NCBI GenBank assembly: GCA_031459875.1
Contig: JAVKHQ010000020.1
Span: 1 to 55,962 of the forward strand
Reading direction: 5' to 3'
Source: Candidatus Fervidifonticultor sextus
GTDB taxonomy: Bacteria; Sysuimicrobiota; Sysuimicrobiia; Sysuimicrobiales; Humicultoraceae
DNA: 55,962 nt
Shown here: positions 29,408 to 39,433 of the stretch, piece after piece
How positions within the stretch are numbered: the stretch's first letter is position 1
How the letters are laid out: each line of letters starts with the position of its first letter
The notes under the pieces: model-generated
What the model was told of the DNA's origin: nothing
What the model saw: the letters and a program-made list of their open reading frames with translations, nothing else
Database searches by the model: none
Translations under genes and position numbers: made by a program

Positions 29408-30085
29408 ATGCCGACGAAGACGAAACTCACGACGTTGCGGCGAGGCCGGACGCGTCGAGGGGCGCGCCTCCAGAGTGACGAGGCCTATGAACGCATCAAA
29501 GCCATGATCCTGATGACGCGTCTGGCCCCAGGGCAGATGCTGACGGAAGCCGACCTGGCCGCCCAGCTCGGGATGGGCCGCATGCCCGTCCGTGAGGCCC
29601 TGCAGCGGCTCGCGCAGGAAGACCTGGTCACCATCGTCCCCCGGAAGGGCTCGCTGGTCACGCCCATTCAGGTCGACGACCTCCAGAAGATTTTCGAACT
29701 GCGGTTGGCGCTGGAAGGCCTCTCGGCGCGGTTGGCCGCCGAGCGCATCACCGACGACGAACTCGACGCGATCGTGGCGCTCATCGAGGGCGCGCGCGAG
29801 GCCACCGAGGGATCGGAGCGGCACGTGCAGGTCGACCGGGCGTTCCACCTCGGCATCGCCGCCGCCACTCGCAACGAGTATCTGCAGCGCGCCGTCGAAC
29901 GCACCTTGAACCTGGCGCTACGCCTCCTGTACATTTCGGGGAGCAGCATGGCCAAGGTCGGCGAGATCGCCCACGAATACTACGCCGTCCTCGATGCCCT
30001 CCGTCGGCGCGACGGCCCGGCGGCGGCGGCGGCCATGCAGGCACACATCGAGGAGTTCCGCACGAAGGTCCGCAGCGCAATCTGA
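29408..30085 (+). CDS. GntR-family (FCD) transcriptional regulator
   Basis: wHTH E.DLAAQLG.GR.PVREAL; FCD DRAFH and MQAHI. Confidence 0.92.
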   Translation: MPTKTKLTTLRRGRTRRGARLQSDEAYERIKAMILMTRLAPGQMLTEADLAAQLGMGRMPVREALQRLAQEDLVTIVPRKGSLVTPIQVDDLQKIFELRLALEGLSARLAAERITDDELDAIVALIEGAREATEGSERHVQVDRAFHLGIAAATRNEYLQRAVERTLNLALRLLYISGSSMAKVGEIAHEYYAVLDALRRRDGPAAAAAMQAHIEEFRTKVRSAI

Positions 30086-30104
30086 CCGGGCGAGGGCGAA
30101 CCAC

Positions 30105-30539
30105 GTGGCGCGCATGCAGCTGGAGTTCGAGAAGGGCGGGGTCTTCGTGGCCAGGCTCCTCGAGGCCGAGGCCCCCAAGACCTGTACCGTGATCAAGGCG
30201 CGACTGCCATTCGCCTACCGGTTCCACCACAGCATCGTCTCGGGGCAGGCCGTGGTCACCCTGCCGCCCGACCTGACCGTGCAACGAGAGAACCAGCGCG
30301 TGGCCGGCATCCCACCGGGGGCGATCACCTTCCTGGTCAGAGACGAACCGCTCCAGATCCCCGACGAGGTCTACATCGCCTACGGGATCTTCATCTCTAG
30401 AGGGCTCACGGTGGACATGAAGCAGCCGGTCAACGTCTTCGCGCAGATCGATGAGGGCCTGGATGAACTGGCCCGGGTAGGGCGGCGGGTCCTCATGCAT
30501 GGGGCGGAAATGGTGGCGTTCAGTCTGATCGCGGATTGA
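30105..30539 (+). CDS. DUF3830 family (cyclophilin-like fold) protein
   Basis: ARLL..EAPKTC, H...SG.A, ENQ, IAYG. Confidence 0.7.
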   Translation: MARMQLEFEKGGVFVARLLEAEAPKTCTVIKARLPFAYRFHHSIVSGQAVVTLPPDLTVQRENQRVAGIPPGAITFLVRDEPLQIPDEVYIAYGIFISRGLTVDMKQPVNVFAQIDEGLDELARVGRRVLMHGAEMVAFSLIAD

Positions 30540-30650
30540 GCGCGCCTGAATTGCGCGCCCCCGTGATCCAAGGGGATCGCTCTCCTTCGTCGTATCATCA
30601 TCCGTGGATCCTGGTCCGGACCCATACGTTCCCTGGAGGTCCCACCGTCC

Positions 30651-31439
30651 ATGTTCACCAACCCCGTGAAGCAGCGACTCAAGCAAGGCCAGCCCGTCGT
30701 CGGCCACTGGATCAGTTTTCCGTCCCCCGCCGTGGTGGAGGTGATGACCAGCTTCGGACCCGACTGGTTGCTCATCGACACCGAGCACGGCCCCACCGGG
30801 GCGGAGCGATTGGAAGACCTGCTCCGCGCCATGAAGGGCACCGAGGTCGTCCCGCTGGTCCGCGTGGTGGCCAACGAGATCTGGGCCATCAAACAGGCGC
30901 TCGACCGCGGGGCCTATGGGGTGATTGTCCCACTGGTCAACACCCCGGAGCAGGCCCAGGCAGCTGTCGCGGCGGCGAAGTATCCACCCGACGGCATCCG
31001 CGGCGTGGCCGGCACCCGGGTCACGCGGTACGGCATGGATCTGCCCGACTACTTCAAGGACTGGAACGAGCAGGTGCTGGTCATCTGCCAGGTCGAGACC
31101 ACCGAGGCGCTGGCGAACGTGGACCAGATCGCCTCGACCCCCGGCGTGGACGTGCTGTTTGTCGGCCCCAACGACCTCTCGGCGAACCTGGGGGTCTTCC
31201 GGCAGTTCGACCACCCGGAGTTTGTCGCCGCGGTGCAGCGCATCCTCACGTCGGCCCAGCGCCACGGCATCGCGGCGGGCTACATGGCGAGCAGCGCCGA
31301 GGAAGTCCTCCAGCGGATCGACCAGGGCTTCCGCTTCGTCGCAGGCGGAAGCGACGCGCGGCTGCTGGCGGGGGCGGCAGGGGCGATGTACAAGGCGATC
31401 CGGGAAGGGCTCGCCCAGAGGAGCATGGCCCCCCGTTGA
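30651..31439 (+). CDS. HpcH/HpaI class II aldolase
   Basis: DTEHG, LVRV, YPPDGIRG, QVET, FVGPNDLS. Confidence 0.92.
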   Translation: MFTNPVKQRLKQGQPVVGHWISFPSPAVVEVMTSFGPDWLLIDTEHGPTGAERLEDLLRAMKGTEVVPLVRVVANEIWAIKQALDRGAYGVIVPLVNTPEQAQAAVAAAKYPPDGIRGVAGTRVTRYGMDLPDYFKDWNEQVLVICQVETTEALANVDQIASTPGVDVLFVGPNDLSANLGVFRQFDHPEFVAAVQRILTSAQRHGIAAGYMASSAEEVLQRIDQGFRFVAGGSDARLLAGAAGAMYKAIREGLAQRSMAPR

Positions 31440-31508
31440 GGGCCCGCCGGGAGGCCGCAGGCCCGGCCGCCACCAGATCGCGGCATTGGCGAAGCGCCGG
31501 AGTCCACC

Positions 31509-32738
31509 TCAGCGCACGGGTGTCCCCTGCCATTCGGCTTCGCAGAGGCGCAGGGCCAGCCCGGCGTAGACGCGCGCGGCCACGTGGAGCTCTGTAGTCG
31601 GGACATGCTCGTCGTCCGCGTGGGCCACGGCCAGCGATCCCGGTCCGAAGACGACCGACGGGATCCCGGCGGCCTGGAGGATGGCGGCGTCGGTGAAGGC
31701 CGCGAGGACGGTGCAGGCGGCGGGCCGTCCGGTCACCCGCGCCGCGGCGGCGGCAAGGGCACGGACCAGCGCGTGGTTTTCGGGAATCGCGAGCGGCGGA
31801 TGGGGGATGTGCTCGAACTCGGGCTCGTGGACCACCTCCGCGGCGCCGGGCCCCAGCGTCTGCGCCACGACCGCCTCGAGATCCGCCCGGATCTGCTCGG
31901 GACTGTCGCCCGGCAGCCACCGCTTCTCAATCTGAAACGTGCAGCGATCCGGGACGACGTTCCGGCTGACGCCGCCCTGGATCGTGCCGATATTGTAGGA
32001 GGGGCTTCCCAGAAGGGGGTGTGTCCGATGCCGCTGTGAGTTCCCCAGGTGGTCCTCCAGAGCCACAATGAGCCGGGCCGCCTGCACGATGGCGTTGACG
32101 CCCCGCTCGGGCGTGGCGCCGTGGGCGGCGCGGCCCCGCACCGTGATGCGGTAGCGGTCGACGCCCTTGTGGGCGGTGACGATCTCCAGAGCCGTCGGCT
32201 CGCCGACGACCGCACAGGAGGCGCAGGCGCCGGTGCGGACCGCCTCGCGCGCGAGGGCGGCGGTGCCCAGATTCCCCGTTTCCTCGGCGGCCACGGCGGC
32301 CAGTACGATCGGCCGGGGCGGGCGCACCCCGGCGCGGCGCAGGGCGACCAGCGCGGCGGCCATCGCCGCCAGACCGCCTTTCATGTCCGCGGCGCCCCGT
32401 CCCCACAGCCGCCCGCTGCTGACCTCGGCTGCAAACGGCGGCCGGACCATCGACGACGACGGCGGAACGGTGTCCATGTGTCCGTTGAACAGCAGCAGAG
32501 GTGGGCCGTCGCGCTCGCCGGGCAGGGCAGCCAGCAGGTTCGAGCGGTCGGCCGAGACAGGCTGCCGCATCACGGCGAAGCCTTCCCCGGTCAGGAGGTC
32601 GTCGAGAGCGCGGGCGACGCCGCCCTCCCAGCCGTGCTCCGTCCCGAAGCTGGGGATGGCCACCAGGCGCCGGGCCAGGGCGGTGACCTCGTCGGGGTCG
32701 ACGTACGCCTCGACCCGGTCAACGGTCAGCCGGTGCAT
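31509..32738 (-). CDS. M20 family deacylase (ArgE/DapE)
   Basis: NGHMDTV, GAADMKGG, AEE, GEPT, AHADDE: all canonical. Confidence 0.92.
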   Translation of the reverse strand: MHRLTVDRVEAYVDPDEVTALARRLVAIPSFGTEHGWEGGVARALDDLLTGEGFAVMRQPVSADRSNLLAALPGERDGPPLLLFNGHMDTVPPSSSMVRPPFAAEVSSGRLWGRGAADMKGGLAAMAAALVALRRAGVRPPRPIVLAAVAAEETGNLGTAALAREAVRTGACASCAVVGEPTALEIVTAHKGVDRYRITVRGRAAHGATPERGVNAIVQAARLIVALEDHLGNSQRHRTHPLLGSPSYNIGTIQGGVSRNVVPDRCTFQIEKRWLPGDSPEQIRADLEAVVAQTLGPGAAEVVHEPEFEHIPHPPLAIPENHALVRALAAAAARVTGRPAACTVLAAFTDAAILQAAGIPSVVFGPGSLAVAHADDEHVPTTELHVAARVYAGLALRLCEAEWQGTPVR

Positions 32739-32761
32739 GCCGTCGCCCCCACGCCCCCGGC

Positions 32762-33280
32762 CTACTCGCGGTACCGGCGGGCCCACTCTCCGCCCGTCCA
32801 GGTCTGCCAGCGCTGCGGGGTGATCTTGATCAGGTAGCGCGGACGCCCCATGGTGCGCTGCGCATACTCGGGTCCCCGCTCCCCCATATACCGACGCGAG
32901 AGCCTCACCGCGAGGGCCCTGAGCCGCGGGCTGTCGTCGGGCGCCACCGGACCCTCGAGGATCTCCGCCGTCCCCTCGACCAGGACGCGCGTGTGCTGCA
33001 GGTGCAGGTCGTCGGCGACGTGAAATGCCACCGCCGGGTTGTGCCGGATGTGCTCCACATAGGCCGACCGCTCCCTGGCCACGATGTAGAAGACGCGCTC
33101 GGCAGGATCGTACTCGTACCAGACAGGGACCACGTAGGGAGTGTTCTGCGGGGTCACGGTGGCGAGCCGCCCGTTCCACGGCTGCTGGAGGAACGCGGTC
33201 ATCTCGGCTTCGGTCAGCCTCCCGAACCTGTCGGGAGGTCCCGCCGCCTTCTCAGAGGCGGGTCCTGGTGCCGTGCTCAT
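32762..33280 (-). CDS. Pyridoxamine 5'-phosphate oxidase-like (PPOX, probably F420-dependent) protein
   Basis: GRLATV, PYVVPVWY, NPAVAF, VEGTAE. Confidence 0.82.
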   Translation of the reverse strand: MSTAPGPASEKAAGPPDRFGRLTEAEMTAFLQQPWNGRLATVTPQNTPYVVPVWYEYDPAERVFYIVARERSAYVEHIRHNPAVAFHVADDLHLQHTRVLVEGTAEILEGPVAPDDSPRLRALAVRLSRRYMGERGPEYAQRTMGRPRYLIKITPQRWQTWTGGEWARRYRE

Positions 33281-34316
33281 CAATGCGATCCTCCACACCC
33301 GTGATGGCTCCGCTCTCCATGGCGCGTACCATCGCCGCGGCCACCCCGACTGCGTGGACGCTGTCGGCCAGCGGCGCCAGCGCCGATGGGGTGCGGGAGG
33401 CGACGCAGCCCACGAAGTGCTCGAGCTCGGCGCGCAGGGCACCGGCCGCATGCCCGCCGACGCGGGGGACGACGAAGAGGTCGGGGGCATACGGGCCCTC
33501 GCGACTCCAGATGGACAGCCCACCCCCGTCGTCCAGGCGGGCGATCCCGGCCTCGCCGACGACTTCCACCGCCCCCACCCGGGTCCCCGGCCGCTCAGGC
33601 GGCAGGGTGTTGGCGGGGTAAGAGGCAGGAAGGATGAAGTGGCTCTCCACGACCGCCGTGGCGCCGTTGGCCAGCCAGAGCAGGCCGCAGAGGATGCGCG
33701 GGCTCTCCTCCCCGGGCAGGACGTGGCCCGCCGCCGCCACCCGCGTGACCCGCTGCCCGGTCAGCCACAGCACGAGATCGACGTCGTGGATCGTGGCGCG
33801 CAGCGCCGGGTGGACCCCGATGCGGCCGAACCAGTCGCCGCTGATGTACCGGGCGCTGCGCACGTGGAGGACGCGGCCGAGCCCTCCGGCCTGGACCGCC
33901 TCGGCAAGTCGGCGGTGCGGGAGGCTGAACCGGAGGATCGTGCCCACCATCGCCACCTGCCCGGTGCGCCTGGCCGCCTCCTGGACTGCCAGCGCCTCCG
34001 CGATGTTCAAAGCCACGGGCTTCTCCACCAGGACGTCCCACCCGCGCTCCATGGCGGCTACGGCCTGGCGCGCGTGTTGATCCTCGGGGGTCGCCAGGAC
34101 CACCGCGTCGAGGTCGGCCTCCCGGAGGCACGCGTCGAAGGAGTCGAACGCCGCCACGCCCCCCAGCGCCCCGGCGACCTGCCGCACCCGCTGCGGATCC
34201 ACATCGCAGACCGCATCCAGCCGGACCCCGGGGAGCGCGGCCAGGACCTCGGCGTGGAGGTGGCCGAAGTTCCCGACCCCCACAACGCCGACCCGGACGA
34301 GGCCATCAGGCGTCAC
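33252..34316 (-). CDS. Gfo/Idh/MocA oxidoreductase
   Basis: GVGNFG, ATP...H, VEKP, IHDVD; GTGA overlap with the permease. Confidence 0.9.
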   Translation of the reverse strand: MTPDGLVRVGVVGVGNFGHLHAEVLAALPGVRLDAVCDVDPQRVRQVAGALGGVAAFDSFDACLREADLDAVVLATPEDQHARQAVAAMERGWDVLVEKPVALNIAEALAVQEAARRTGQVAMVGTILRFSLPHRRLAEAVQAGGLGRVLHVRSARYISGDWFGRIGVHPALRATIHDVDLVLWLTGQRVTRVAAAGHVLPGEESPRILCGLLWLANGATAVVESHFILPASYPANTLPPERPGTRVGAVEVVGEAGIARLDDGGGLSIWSREGPYAPDLFVVPRVGGHAAGALRAELEHFVGCVASRTPSALAPLADSVHAVGVAAAMVRAMESGAITGVEDRIDEHGTRTRL

Positions 34317-35209
34317 GGTTGCAGCCGCGGATCGAGGTAATCGCGCATGCCGTCGCTGAGGAAGTTCAGCGCCAGCACCGAGAGCATGATGAACAGGCCG
34401 GGGAACAGCGAGATCCACGGCGAGATGGGCAGGAACTCCTTTCCTTCATTGAGGATCGTCCCCCACGACGGTGTCGGCGGCTGCACGCCGACCCCCAGGT
34501 AGCTCAGCGCCGACTCGATCAGGATCGCATAGGACAGCGAGACCGCGATCTGGACGACCATGGGCGACAGGACGTTGCGCAGGATGTGGCGCGTCATGAT
34601 GGTCCAGGCGCCGGCACCGATCGCTTCTGCCGCCTCCACGTACGTGAGCCCCCTCTCCGCCATCACGCTGGCCCGCATCACGCGGAAGAACAGCGGGGTG
34701 TAGACGACCGCAATGGCGACCACCACCGTCGTCGCGCCGGCTCCGAGGACGGCCGAGATCCCCAGCGCCAGCAGCACGGAGGGAAAGGCGAAGAAGACGT
34801 CCATGAAGCGGCCCAGCAACTGGTCGAGCCCGCGCCCCACGTAGCCGGCCAGCAGGCCCAGCAGCCCGCCGGCCAGGGCGGCGATGGTGATGGACAGGCC
34901 GGCGATCCCCAGCGATACCCGGACCCCGTAGACGACCCGGCTGAACAGATCGCGGCCGAACCGGTCCGTCCCGAACAGGTGGGCGCCAGACGGTGCCTGG
35001 AACATCCGCTGCGCATCGATCGCAATGGGGTGGTAGGGCGCGATGACCGGCGCGAAGGTGCCCATTACGACGAAAACCAGCAGGATCAGCGCACCGGCGG
35101 CGAACAGGGGGTTCTGGCGGGCGCGCCGTGCCCAGACCCCTCCCGGCGCCCGCCGCGGGGCAGGCGTCCCGACGGGCCGGTCTGCGGCCGGGCGGAGGAC
35201 GCGGAGCAT
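34313..35209 (-). CDS. Peptide/nickel ABC transporter permease (DppC type)
   Basis: HLFGTDRFGRD, EAAEAIGA, LSYLGVG, PSWG. Confidence 0.93.
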   Translation of the reverse strand: MLRVLRPAADRPVGTPAPRRAPGGVWARRARQNPLFAAGALILLVFVVMGTFAPVIAPYHPIAIDAQRMFQAPSGAHLFGTDRFGRDLFSRVVYGVRVSLGIAGLSITIAALAGGLLGLLAGYVGRGLDQLLGRFMDVFFAFPSVLLALGISAVLGAGATTVVVAIAVVYTPLFFRVMRASVMAERGLTYVEAAEAIGAGAWTIMTRHILRNVLSPMVVQIAVSLSYAILIESALSYLGVGVQPPTPSWGTILNEGKEFLPISPWISLFPGLFIMLSVLALNFLSDGMRDYLDPRLQP

Positions 35210-36159
35210 CACCCGTACTGGATCCGCGGGTCGATCACGGCGTAGAGGAGGTCCACGAGGAAGTTCAACATCATGAACAGCGCCGCGCCCAGCAGAATAC
35301 TCCCCTGCACCACAGGGTAGTCCCGCTGGAAGATCGCGTCCAGGAGTAGCCGGCCAACCCCCGGCAGGTTGAAGACGTCCTCGATCACGACGATGCCGCC
35401 GAGGATGTAGCCCATCTGCACCCCGGCCACGGTAATGACGGGAATGAGCGCGTTCCGCAAGGCGTGGTGGGACACCACCCGCGGCTCCCGCGCGCCCTTG
35501 GCCCGCGCCGTCCGGATGTACTCCCGGCCGAGCACATCCAGCATCGCGGACCGCGTCATCCGGCTGATCATGGCCGCCGTGGCCGTCCCCAGCGTCAGGG
35601 CCGGCAGGGCGATGATCTCCAGGTTCGTCCAGGGGTCCTGCCGCAGCGACACCCACTGGAGCGACGGCATCCACTGCAGGTGAATGGAGAACAGCAGGAT
35701 CAGCAGCGTCCCCTGCCAGAACGCCGGGACCGAGAGCCCCAGCGTCGAGATGAACCGGATGGCGCTGTCGAAGGTCGTGCCGCGGCGCACAGCGGCCAGC
35801 ACGCCGAGGGGGACGCCCAGCACCAGCGACCAGGCCACGGCCAGCACGGCCAGCTCCGCCGAAACCGGCAGGCGCGAGAGGAACAGCGAGAGGACGGGGC
35901 GGTTGCTGCGCCAGGAGTTCCCCAGATCACCCCGCAGCAACCCGGCCATCCACTCCACGTACTGCACGTACCACGGCCGGTCGAGCCCGAAGAATTCCCG
36001 CAGGCTCCGGATCGTCTCCTCGCCCACCAGGGCGCTCTGCCCCAGCAACTGCTCTACCACGGTGCCCGGGATCAGCCGCATCATGATGAACACGATGACG
36101 CTGACCCCGAGCAGCGTGGCCGCCATGGCGGCGAGCCGGCGCAGGACGTACGCGCGCAC
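35209..36159 (-). CDS. Peptide/nickel ABC transporter permease (DppB type)
   Basis: GDLG.S, TARAKG, HALRNAL, RDYPVVQG, DPRI. Confidence 0.93.
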   Translation of the reverse strand: MRAYVLRRLAAMAATLLGVSVIVFIMMRLIPGTVVEQLLGQSALVGEETIRSLREFFGLDRPWYVQYVEWMAGLLRGDLGNSWRSNRPVLSLFLSRLPVSAELAVLAVAWSLVLGVPLGVLAAVRRGTTFDSAIRFISTLGLSVPAFWQGTLLILLFSIHLQWMPSLQWVSLRQDPWTNLEIIALPALTLGTATAAMISRMTRSAMLDVLGREYIRTARAKGAREPRVVSHHALRNALIPVITVAGVQMGYILGGIVVIEDVFNLPGVGRLLLDAIFQRDYPVVQGSILLGAALFMMLNFLVDLLYAVIDPRIQYG

Positions 36160-36168
36160 GCGGTGCGC

Positions 36169-37767
36169 CTACTCTTCGATCCAGACGTCCCTCAATCCGA
36201 ACAGGAACCCTGTCGGGTACGGCCGGAACCCCTTGACCTTCCGGTTCATGCTGTAGAGCAGGTTCGGCGCGTACAGCGGGATGCTGATGGGATCCTCAGC
36301 CATGATCATCTGGATCCGGTCGTAGATGGCCTTGCGCCGGTTCCGGTCCAGCGTCGTGCGCCCCTCGTCCAGGAGCCGGTCCACCTCGGCGTTGTTCCAC
36401 CGGCGGAAGTCCACGCCCTTGGGCGGCGTGTGGTAGTGCCGGTAAAAGGCCTGATCGGGATCGATGAAGCCGCCCCACTCGTTCATGGTGGGCACGCTCT
36501 GGCGCGCGATCCAGTCGCGGATCCACACCCCGATGTCCACGGTCTCCACCCGCACGTCGAAGCCGACTTCCTTCAGGTTGTCGGCGATCACCTGCACCGA
36601 GGCGATCAGCGACGGGAAACCCACGATGTTGCGGATGACAAGCGGCACAGGCGGCCGCAGCCCGGCCCGCTGGAGGAACTCCCGGGCGCGGCCCACATCG
36701 CGCTTCTGGTTGGGCAGCCGGTCCCGGGGCACCGCCCAGAACTCCATGGCCGGCGGGAGCACGCCCAGGGGCTTGCCCAGCCCGTCGCCGGCGATACGCA
36801 GGACCGCCTCCCGGTCGATCCCCACGGCGATGGCCCGGCGGACATCGGGGTTGCTGGTGGGCGCCATGTCTCCCATCAGGTCGAGGACGACCCACCGGAT
36901 CCCCGGCGCCTGAACGTTGTTCAGCGCGCGGAGATGGCGGACGAGGTTGAAGTTGACGCCGCTTTCGAACTGCGCCATGTCGATCTGACCGGTGCGCAGG
37001 CCGGCCACGATGGACGACTCGTCGGGAACGGCCTGGAAGGTGATCCCGTCCAGGTAGGGCTTGCCGCGATCCCAGTAGTCCGGGAACCGCCGGAGCACCA
37101 GGAGGCGGTTGGGCTCGAAGGCCTCGACCACAAACGGACCGGTGCCGACCGCGGCGTGCTGGAGTTCGCGGCCTGTCCTGACCGCGTCCTTGGGGATGAC
37201 GGCGTTGTACTTACCCGCCACGTTGACCAGGAACGTGGCCGTGGGCTCGTGGAGGACGAAGCGCAGCGTGTGGCGGTCGATGATGTCGATGCTCTTGATC
37301 ATGACCAGGTCGCCGCGCCCCCCCGACCCGGTCCGGGGGTCCATGACCCGCTCATAGCTGAACTTGACGTCCTCGGCGTCCATCTCCTTGCCGTTGTGGA
37401 ACCTGACGCCGCGCCGGAGGTGGAAGATGTACTCGGTGGCCGAGCGCTCCTCCCAGCGCTCGGCCAGTTGCGGTTTGGGGACCAGGTCGAAGTCCACCCA
37501 CACGAGGGTCTCGTAGAAGAGGAACTTGCGCCGCTGGTAGATGTCGGCACCCTCCAGGTGGGGCTCGATGCTGGCCGGCAGGGCGGCGCTCGCGAAGGTG
37601 ATCCGGCCGCCGCGGCGCGGGGTCCCCGCGGCGGGCGCCGCCTGGGCGCTCCACAGGCGGTAGGATGACAGCACGCCGCCGGCGGCCAGACCCAGCCCGG
37701 CGGTGCCGGCGAGCCTGAGGAACTCGCGGCGCTTGAGATCCCGCCCTTCCTGCCAGGGTTCGTCCAT
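36169..37767 (-). CDS. Family 5 ABC substrate-binding protein with Tat signal
   Basis: KRREFL twin-arginine motif, LRRGVRFHNG, GTGPF; RBS GAGGAGG. Confidence 0.92.
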   Translation of the reverse strand: MDEPWQEGRDLKRREFLRLAGTAGLGLAAGGVLSSYRLWSAQAAPAAGTPRRGGRITFASAALPASIEPHLEGADIYQRRKFLFYETLVWVDFDLVPKPQLAERWEERSATEYIFHLRRGVRFHNGKEMDAEDVKFSYERVMDPRTGSGGRGDLVMIKSIDIIDRHTLRFVLHEPTATFLVNVAGKYNAVIPKDAVRTGRELQHAAVGTGPFVVEAFEPNRLLVLRRFPDYWDRGKPYLDGITFQAVPDESSIVAGLRTGQIDMAQFESGVNFNLVRHLRALNNVQAPGIRWVVLDLMGDMAPTSNPDVRRAIAVGIDREAVLRIAGDGLGKPLGVLPPAMEFWAVPRDRLPNQKRDVGRAREFLQRAGLRPPVPLVIRNIVGFPSLIASVQVIADNLKEVGFDVRVETVDIGVWIRDWIARQSVPTMNEWGGFIDPDQAFYRHYHTPPKGVDFRRWNNAEVDRLLDEGRTTLDRNRRKAIYDRIQMIMAEDPISIPLYAPNLLYSMNRKVKGFRPYPTGFLFGLRDVWIEE

Positions 37768-37888
37768 GACTGCCTCCCTCCTCATCCAGGTCGCTTGACA
37801 GCGAGCCATGCTGCCCTGATTATACGTCTTCGTCGCCACGTCAGCGATCCACGTGGGAAGAAGACCGGTCGGCGTGGAAACCGGGGGT

Positions 37889-39433
37889 GTGGACAACCGC
37901 CGCCTGGAGGCCACCTGGACGTACCACAACCACACCAAGCACTCGCCTGCCAGCGTCCGCACGGGGGGCTATGGGCTGGACTGGGCGAACCAGCCGCTCC
38001 CGTACAAGATCTACTCGACGCTGGAGCCCCTGGCGTTGCCGCAGGACCTGTCGTTCCCCAGGACGGCCGCGCTGGACGCGATCGCGGCGGGCGAGGCGGC
38101 GACGCCGGGGACGGCCCGGATGCCGGATCTGCGGACGCTGGCCGGCCTCCTCTATCTCTCAGGCGGGATCACCAAGCGCATCCGGCTCTCCTGGGGATCG
38201 ATGGACTTCCGGGCAGCGGCGTGCACCGGTGCACTCTACCACATCGAGATCTACCTCGTCTGCGCAGACCTGCCGGACCTGCCGGCCGGCGTCTACCATT
38301 TCGGCGTGCACGACTTCGCGCTGCGGCGGTTGCGCACCGGCGACTTCCGGGCGGCGGTGGCCGAGGCGACGGGATCCGAACCGTCGGTGGCCTCCGCTCC
38401 GGTCGTCGTCGTCCTGACGACGACCTTCTGGCGGAACGCCTGGAAGTACCGTGCCCGGGCCTACCGTCACGCGTTCTGGGATTCGGGGACGATCCTGGCC
38501 AACTTCCTGGCCGCCTCGGCCGCGTACCGTCTCCCGGCCCGGGTGGTGTGCGGGTTTGCCGACGCGGAGGCAAACCGCCTGCTGGATCTGGATACGCAAC
38601 GCGAGGTGGCGGTGGCGATGGTGGCCCTTGGGCGCGACGGACCTGCCCCGTCGGCGGCCCCGGAGATCACGCCGCTGGGCCTGGCCACCGTCCCGCTGTC
38701 GGGCACCGAGGTGGACTTCCCGGCGATCCGGGCGATGCACGCGGCGTCGTCGCTGCAGTCCGCCGGCGAGGTGCAGGCGTGGCGCGCAGGCGGGCCCCCG
38801 CGATCGTCCAGAGGCCCCGCAGCGTCTCTGGTCCCCCTCCAGCCCCTCCCCGACTTTGTCCTGCCCCCTGACCCGCTCAGCCGCGTGATCGTCCGACGGG
38901 GGTCGAGCCGCCGGTTCCTACGGGAACCGATCCCCTTCGCGCATCTCTCGACCATGCTCGACCGAGCCACGCGCGGGATCCCCGCGGACTTCCTCGAGCC
39001 TCCCGGGACCATCCTCAATGACCTCCACCTCATCGCCCACGCCGTGGACGGACTGCCATCCGGCGCGTATGCGTTCCGGCGCGAGGCCAGCGCCCTCGAG
39101 CCGATTAGGGAAGGCGATTTCCGCCGGCATGCGGGCTACCTGGCGTTGGAACAGCCCCTGGCCGCTGATGCCAGCGCGAACGTCTACTTCCTCGCGGACC
39201 TGGCGCCGATTCTGGAGCGTTTCGGGAACCGCGGCTATCGCGTCGCGCAGCTGGAGGCGGCGATCATGGGCGGGCGGCTGTACCTGGCGGCCTACGCGCT
39301 GGGGCTGGGCGCCACGGGCCTCACCTTCTACGACGACGACGTCACCGAGTTCTTCTCCCCTCATGCGGCGGGAAAGAGCGTGATGTTCCTGACCGCGCTC
39401 GGCGTACCCGCGAGGCGCGGGCGCCGCACGTAG
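37889..39433 (+). CDS. SagB/ThcOx-type FMN oxidoreductase with two nitroreductase-like domains
   Basis: YHNHTKH, RAAACTGALY, WKYRARAYR..FWDSG, RRGSSRRF, RGYR.AQLEA. Confidence 0.85.
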   Translation: MDNRRLEATWTYHNHTKHSPASVRTGGYGLDWANQPLPYKIYSTLEPLALPQDLSFPRTAALDAIAAGEAATPGTARMPDLRTLAGLLYLSGGITKRIRLSWGSMDFRAAACTGALYHIEIYLVCADLPDLPAGVYHFGVHDFALRRLRTGDFRAAVAEATGSEPSVASAPVVVVLTTTFWRNAWKYRARAYRHAFWDSGTILANFLAASAAYRLPARVVCGFADAEANRLLDLDTQREVAVAMVALGRDGPAPSAAPEITPLGLATVPLSGTEVDFPAIRAMHAASSLQSAGEVQAWRAGGPPRSSRGPAASLVPLQPLPDFVLPPDPLSRVIVRRGSSRRFLREPIPFAHLSTMLDRATRGIPADFLEPPGTILNDLHLIAHAVDGLPSGAYAFRREASALEPIREGDFRRHAGYLALEQPLAADASANVYFLADLAPILERFGNRGYRVAQLEAAIMGGRLYLAAYALGLGATGLTFYDDDVTEFFSPHAAGKSVMFLTALGVPARRGRRT

